Source: Promethearchaeia archaeon
Lineage (GTDB): Archaea > Asgardarchaeota > Lokiarchaeia > Sigyniarchaeales > SOKP01
Reading direction: 5' to 3'
DNA length: 32,000 nt
Assembly (NCBI GenBank): GCA_046497275.1
Contig: JAWOFX010000057.1
Coordinates: 60,001-92,000 of the forward strand
The first letter of the stretch is position 1. Each line of letters begins with the position of its first letter. Both the position numbers and the translations under genes were made by a program. Of this stretch, positions 27,248 to 32,000 are shown one piece after another. Below the pieces are notes generated by a model. It did not search any database. It was not told the DNA's origin and saw only the letters and a list, made by a program, of their open reading frames with translations.

Positions 27248-27489
27248 AATTATTTATATTTTATTTATTTATAAAAATTTGAAGAGACCGACGAATTTCT
27301 AATATTCTATATTATTATAATGTTAATGGCGAAAAATTCAGCCTCGATAAAGTCAATTATCTATCAAATGTGTCGGTTTTTACAATTTTCTCATGGAAAC
27401 GCTTAATAATTTAAATTAGGTTCACTGATCTAAAGTGTTTTTAATAAAGCAATCTCTAATGTAAGAACTCGATACAAGCTTTTTACATA

Positions 27490-27681
27490 TTAAGATTTAA
27501 TATCTTTTCTACTTTTTTTGAATTCTTTATAAAAAAGGTAACATAAATATAACCCAGAGCCAATAATTATGCCCAAAGCGAAGTTGAACACTTGCTTATA
27601 ATCATTAAACAAAGAAATTAGCAAAATGATGAACATTATAAAGATAACTCCTAATGGAGGGATAATTTCAGCTTTGTCCAT
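27490..27681 (-). CDS. Small two-TM membrane protein
   Basis: Two hydrophobic stretches followed by a basic C-terminal tail. Confidence 0.55.
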   Translation of the reverse strand: MDKAEIIPPLGVIFIMFIILLISLFNDYKQVFNFALGIIIGSGLYLCYLFYKEFKKSRKDIKS

Positions 27682-27885
27682 TTTTTAAATCGGATTTTAT
27701 CTTTAATCATTTAAACTAAGTTAACCAAAAAAACCGTCACTCTATTTTAATTCTATCCCATTAAAAAAACCAATTGATTTAGAATTTACATAATTAGTTA
27801 TGATTGATAAAATCTTAATTTTACTCCGAGATATATTGCTTTTTATTATGGATTAATCTCATTTTGATATTTTTTGTAGTTTTAG

Positions 27886-27901
27886 GCAAAAAGTTTAATA
27901 G
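27886..27901 (+). promoter_or_regulatory. Putative BRE-TATA promoter of the cold-shock gene
   Basis: GCAAAAAG followed by TTTAATAG, about 125 nt upstream of the ATG at 28026. Confidence 0.4.
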
Positions 27902-28025
27902 GTTTTAATTCCTAATTTATTTAGAGTTGGCTGATTAAAAGGAAACTTTTATTTCAGATCAACAATACAATGTACGAATTAAAATAAATTGGAATAAAAA
28001 AGTAAGATACGAAGTGTAATTAGTA

Positions 28026-28295
28026 ATGCCGAAAGGAACAGTAAAATGGTTTAACAATCGAAAAGGCTACGGATTTATTACACCTGAAGAATATAAGGAT
28101 GAGGAATCTCAGGAGCACGATATTTTTGTGCACTACTCGGCCATTGAGGGCGAGGGAGACGACTATAAGACCTTATATGAAAATGATGTCGTTGAATACG
28201 AGGTCACAGAAGGTGAAAAAGGTCCGCAAGCAGCGAATGTTAAGGTACTTGAGTCTGCCGGAAAAAACCAACAATCTGGTGGATACTTTTACTAA
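28026..28295 (+). CDS. cspA: Cold-shock domain protein (CspA family)
   Basis: [15 protein letters not shown] (RNP1), DIFVHYSAI (RNP2), KTL.E...[16 protein letters not shown]. Confidence 0.95.
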   Translation: MPKGTVKWFNNRKGYGFITPEEYKDEESQEHDIFVHYSAIEGEGDDYKTLYENDVVEYEVTEGEKGPQAANVKVLESAGKNQQSGGYFY

Positions 28296-28304
28296 AACCA
28301 TATG

Positions 28305-28386
28305 AATATAAGTAAGAAAGGTTGTAAAGATTCTAATTCTTTATTGAACCAAGTATTATCCGAAGTGAAATATAAGTAAGAAGGTT
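28305..28386 (+). repeat. Direct repeat pair in the csp 3' region
   Basis: AATATAAGTAAGAAAGGTT (28305-28323) and AATATAAGTAAGAAGGTT (28369-28386), with a 14-nt perfect core. Confidence 0.6.
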
Positions 28387-28487
28387 AAACGACTTTTGAA
28401 TTAGGTTTCACATTAACTCTATTTTTTTTTTAATATACTTTTTAAATCCTTAGATTTTTTAAATCATACTCTATAAATTTGTTAGAG

Positions 28488-29270
28488 ATGAATACAACTT
28501 ATCCTAAAGAATTGATCGCTTTAGCTAAAGAATCAAACTGGGTGAAAATAAAAGAATTTATTGGACAATTTATTCTCTCGACCCTTAAAGACAACCCACC
28601 CTATGAAGTAATTTTATTAAAGGATAATAAGAAAAACAGTGAAAAGGATTCAGTAAGAAATCTAATAATCCAAAATGAAGGGGATATAAAAAAAATAAAA
28701 TCTCTAAATGGATTTAATACCTTATCCATCTATCAATCAAATGAGTTTATAAGTAACAATGTATATCTTACCAAAAATAAAGAAACAATTATCCTTATGG
28801 CAAAATATATGAGTTCAATCAATATTGGAACTTTTGATTGTTTTGATTTCTTAATGATGATTGACAGTAGTGAGAATACTCCAACATTTATGAATACTAA
28901 AGGAGATACTTTAGAAAGTAATGATATGATTGAATTATTTAAAAATTATAATTTTAATCGAAAAATAAAAAATATTAAAGAAATCGAAGATAAGAATTTA
29001 GAGACATTTATTTTTGAACAAATTTCTGGAAAAAATGCGTTATGGGGTGGTGAGGAAACAAAAGCATATAAGGAATGGAAAGAAAAAGTTGCGGATCTTT
29101 ACCGAGAGGAGACTTCGAAGTATTCTTATTATGGTGGAAAATTAACTAAGAATTATAAAAAGTTTTTAATAAATATGTTCAAAATATGGACACGTATAAC
29201 CCAAAATGGACAAAATAAATTGAAAAAAGGAGAAATTGGAAGATTCATTTCATTTATTAACCAAGTTTGA
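28488..29270 (+). CDS. Hypothetical protein with two 29-aa-period internal repeats
   Basis: Long ORF (TTG 28479 or ATG 28488). FEQISGKNALWGGEETKAYKEW aligns with YREETSKYSYYGGKLTKNYKKF. Confidence 0.7.
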   Translation: MNTTYPKELIALAKESNWVKIKEFIGQFILSTLKDNPPYEVILLKDNKKNSEKDSVRNLIIQNEGDIKKIKSLNGFNTLSIYQSNEFISNNVYLTKNKETIILMAKYMSSINIGTFDCFDFLMMIDSSENTPTFMNTKGDTLESNDMIELFKNYNFNRKIKNIKEIEDKNLETFIFEQISGKNALWGGEETKAYKEWKEKVADLYREETSKYSYYGGKLTKNYKKFLINMFKIWTRITQNGQNKLKKGEIGRFISFINQV

Positions 29271-29291
29271 TCCATTACCAATACTAACCTT

Positions 29292-30191
29292 TTATTCAAT
29301 AATACAATCTTCCGGAGGTTTATCTGGCCTTAATCTCTGAAAGCTCGGAGCCCTTAATTCTTCGTTATTTGTCATTTCCAAATATTCAACTTCACATACA
29401 AGTTTTGGCTTTATCCAAGTTTTATCTTCTTCTCTTTCTATAATCAATTTTTCCATCTTTTCTTTAAGCATTTTTAATTCTTCGTCTGTCCAACCCGTAC
29501 CGACTTTTCCTAATTGTTTGATTTTATCTCCCTTATAGGCTCCAATTATTAAGGCTCCAAAAGTCTCCTCTCTTTTACCTTCACCCCTAGTATATCCAAG
29601 TATTATACAGTCAATCGTTTTTAAATTCTTAATTTTAAGACATACTTTACTTCGTTTGCCTGGGTGATAGACACTACCCTTCTTTTTCGCCATTACTCCT
29701 TCAATTCCAAGTTTTATAATCTCATCCCATAATTTAGTTCCATTATCGGTTGAATAAATCATTTGAAGGTGATCACTTTCAGTAATAGATTTTTCTAAAT
29801 ATTCCAGCCGTTTTTCTAGAGGTTTTTGAGTAATATCTTCACTAACATATTGTAAACAATCGAAAACGATATACGTAGCTGGATAACGTTGACTTAATAA
29901 CTTAATTTTGAATTTATTGCTGATCTGTTCTCTGGATTGTAGCAAGTTAAAATCTGGTAATCCTTTTTCATTATAAACAATAACTTCACCATCGATGATA
30001 CTATCCTTTTCAATTTTTAAATCGTCAAATTCGGGATATCGTTGGCGTATATTTCTCCCTCGACGATTCCTAAACTTCTCTTCGATATATAATGCTCTCG
30101 TTCCGTCTAATTTTGGTTGAAATATATATTCATGACTATCAAGAAGATCTTTTGTTCCTTTTTGGCATAGCATGGGTTCTAAGGATTTCAT
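29292..30191 (-). CDS. Small ATP-dependent DNA ligase (LigD ligase-domain/LigC-like; adenylation + OB domains)
   Basis: Motif I QPKLDGTR, III IIDGEVIV, IIIa YIVFDCL, IV EGVMAK, V LKIK. OB domain GYTRGEGKR...FGALIIGAY...GKVGTG...PKLVCEVEY...LRAPSF..LRPDK. Confidence 0.93.
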   Translation of the reverse strand: MKSLEPMLCQKGTKDLLDSHEYIFQPKLDGTRALYIEEKFRNRRGRNIRQRYPEFDDLKIEKDSIIDGEVIVYNEKGLPDFNLLQSREQISNKFKIKLLSQRYPATYIVFDCLQYVSEDITQKPLEKRLEYLEKSITESDHLQMIYSTDNGTKLWDEIIKLGIEGVMAKKKGSVYHPGKRSKVCLKIKNLKTIDCIILGYTRGEGKREETFGALIIGAYKGDKIKQLGKVGTGWTDEELKMLKEKMEKLIIEREEDKTWIKPKLVCEVEYLEMTNNEELRAPSFQRLRPDKPPEDCIIE

Positions 30192-30955
30192 TTTTGTTCC
30201 AGACTAGCTTGTAGTGATTCAATTAAATTCTCGGTTCTTTTACTCTTTTCTTTACTGATAGACACAGCCTCCCCTTTAGCCTTTTTCTCAATTGCTTCCC
30301 TAAGGTTTTCCTGAAAAGTATTTTCATATTTTGAAATATTAAAACTAACAGAGCTTAAATTTTCGATTAATTGGTTTGAGAGTTCAATCTCTTTATCTTT
30401 AAGTTTAGGTGGCTCGTAATTTATATTCGGAACATTATCTATGCTTCGAATATTATCAGCATAGTTGAGAATAGATAATAATAAACCTTTCTTATAACTT
30501 TTAATCATACACAGATACTTTTTTTCTCTCATAACAAAAGTAGCTATGGCGACTTTATCTTGTGATTCTAAAACCCCTTTGAATAAGCTGTAAGAACGCT
30601 CTCCCCCTTCTTGAGGACCTATAAAATAATTTTTATTAATATACAAGGGATCAATGTCGCTAATAGGAACAAATTCGTGGATTTCAATTAAATCATCGGA
30701 TTCAGGTTTTAACTCATCAATTTCTCCTTTCGTCAGTACATAATACTCGTTTTTACCAATTTCGAGACCTTTGACTATATCGCTCCAATCAACTTCTTCA
30801 CCACACTTAGAACAGATCCTCTTATAATTTATAGGACCATTATCATCTTTATGAAGTAATCGGAAGCTAATTCCACTCTCATCAACAGCAGTATATAAAG
30901 ACACCGGTATATTAACAAGCCCGAATCCCAAATACCCTTTCCATACAGCTTTCAT
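30188..30955 (-). CDS. ku: Prokaryotic-type Ku protein (NHEJ end-binding)
   Basis: MKAVWKGYLGFGLVNIPVSLY, LH...INYKRICSKCGEEV...IVKG.E, FVP...IDPLY....YFIGP, Y.L....L......AIATFVMR. Its TGA overlaps the ligase ATG (ATGA, 30188-30191). Confidence 0.95.
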   Translation of the reverse strand: MKAVWKGYLGFGLVNIPVSLYTAVDESGISFRLLHKDDNGPINYKRICSKCGEEVDWSDIVKGLEIGKNEYYVLTKGEIDELKPESDDLIEIHEFVPISDIDPLYINKNYFIGPQEGGERSYSLFKGVLESQDKVAIATFVMREKKYLCMIKSYKKGLLLSILNYADNIRSIDNVPNINYEPPKLKDKEIELSNQLIENLSSVSFNISKYENTFQENLREAIEKKAKGEAVSISKEKSKRTENLIESLQASLEQK

Positions 30956-31020
30956 ATCAAATAAGTTGTATTCATTATTACTTTTTAAATTTAATTTAAA
31001 TCAATTATAAGAAAGAGAAA

Positions 31021-31066
31021 AAGAAATATAGGAAATTTTTTTAGGTAGGTGTTTCCTATATCTCTT
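31021..31066. promoter_or_regulatory. Long inverted repeat upstream of ku
   Basis: ATATAGGAAA (31026-31035) and TTTCCTATAT (31052-31061) are perfect. The stem extends to 14 of 15 bp with AAGA/TCTT, with a 16-nt loop. Confidence 0.5.
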
Positions 31067-31271
31067 GTGGTATTTGATTGGAAAGAATTCTGAGAAGTGG
31101 TCAAATTAGTTTAGAATAATTTACGATTCTAAATTATAATTTCATACTTCTCAATTCTTAATTGACAAAGGATCTATAAAAAGGTTTTTTCAATAATTTA
31201 TAAAAGTTTTATAAATAATTTATTTTAATCAAGTTTTTAGATTACTTAATAAACCAATATTCTGCTTGAAG

Positions 31272-31790
31272 ATGGATAATAAAATAAATGTCCTAAAAAA
31301 CTTTTTAGAGAACCACGCAGATGATGCAAATTCTTGGTTAGAGTTAGGATATTTATATTTTCAAAACAATGAAGTACAAAATGCTATAACATGTTATAAA
31401 AAAGCCCTTGAGATTTCTCCTAAAAATGCAACGATCTGGCATAATTTAGGATTTATTTATTATGAGATTGAAGATTATCCAAATGCAATTTCGTCACTAA
31501 AAAGAGCATTAGAAATTAATCCTGAGCTTTCAATATCATATAGTGAGTTAAGTTCAGTTTATTTAGATATTGAGGAATTTGAAAAAGCAGAAAAAGCTGC
31601 AAAAAATGCTTTAGCTTTGGATGAGAAAGATGTAGATGCATTGGTAAATCTTGGATCTAGCTACTTTAATCTTAAAAAATTTAATAAAGCTGTCAAAAGT
31701 CTCAACAAAGCTCTTAAAATTAATCCTAATTTTGAATTTGCCCAAAAGGTATTAGAATTGGCGAAGAAAGCACAAAAAAGTAAGGAATAG
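31272..31790 (+). CDS. Tetratricopeptide repeat protein
   Basis: About 4 TPR units, e.g. WLELGYLYF...AITCYKKALEISP, WHNLGFIYY...AISSLKRALEINP. ATG 31272 or TTG 31266. Confidence 0.9.
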   Translation: MDNKINVLKNFLENHADDANSWLELGYLYFQNNEVQNAITCYKKALEISPKNATIWHNLGFIYYEIEDYPNAISSLKRALEINPELSISYSELSSVYLDIEEFEKAEKAAKNALALDEKDVDALVNLGSSYFNLKKFNKAVKSLNKALKINPNFEFAQKVLELAKKAQKSKE

Positions 31791-32000
31791 ATTTTAGAGT
31801 TATTACATCTAAAACATTCTGAAACTTATTAATGAAATCCTAAAAAAACAAAAACCAATAATAAACTTATCCTAATTAGCTTATAGGTTTATACTTAATA
31901 AAAAGATACTAAAGATTAGACTTAGAAATCAATTGATTTTGATAATCTTCCAGTCTTAAGTTTAAGGCTATTAACTCAATGTGTTTAATTAAAATAAAAA

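Noticed and set aside
27287-27377. ACCGAC/GTCGGT inverted 6-mers suggesting an ncRNA or MITE
   Set aside because: Only 6 bp, with no extended pairing, target-site duplication or second copy in the window.
28099-28305. 68-aa alternate-frame ORF overlapping csp
   Set aside because: A same-strand shadow explained by the GC-richer csp codons. No recognisable features.
28296-28330. ATGA...GA motif after csp as a possible eukaryote-like SECIS element
   Set aside because: csp ends in TAA and has no in-frame TGA. None of the recognised genes in the window is interrupted by an in-frame TGA, and no convincing kink-turn stem was seen.
28305-28386. Possible mini-CRISPR (two repeats with a 45-nt spacer)
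   Set aside because: Only two copies of 18-19 nt, no third repeat, and no cas genes or leader.
29630-29660. Ligase motif V reads KVCLKIK rather than the usual W-x-K-x-K
   Set aside because: A single substitution (possibly TGG to TGT) with both catalytic lysines intact. Not enough to call inactivation.

Overview
AT-rich (about 30% GC by eye) archaeal chromosomal segment. I infer an Asgard archaeon, probably Lokiarchaeia-like, from TBP, UPF0147, an archaeosortase, an intron-containing tRNA, and Rag-like and Rab-like small GTPases fused to longin-like/roadblock-like domains. About 27 protein genes are present: AIR-synthase-like protein (partial), Rag-like GTPase, orphan MtrH, TPR proteins, archaeosortase, TBP, YkgJ, macrodomain, clan GH-D-like hydrolase, SelB-like protein, PpsA, Rab-like GTPase, two amidohydrolases, DEAD-box helicase, glycyl radical enzyme, a duplicated 4-TM pair, alpha/beta hydrolase, cold-shock protein and a Ku plus ATP-dependent ligase pair. 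The strongest observations are: (i) a tRNA-Pro(CGG) split by two non-canonical introns (25/26 and 58/59) with BHB-like central helices and an unusual A37; (ii) one longin-like N-terminal domain fused to both a Rag-roadblock GTPase and a Rab-like GTPase; (iii) a minimal Ku-ligase NHEJ operon; (iv) a glycyl radical enzyme with a non-standard active site and no adjacent activase. No CRISPR array, rRNA or mobile element was supported. All family calls come from motifs read by eye; no database searches were run.
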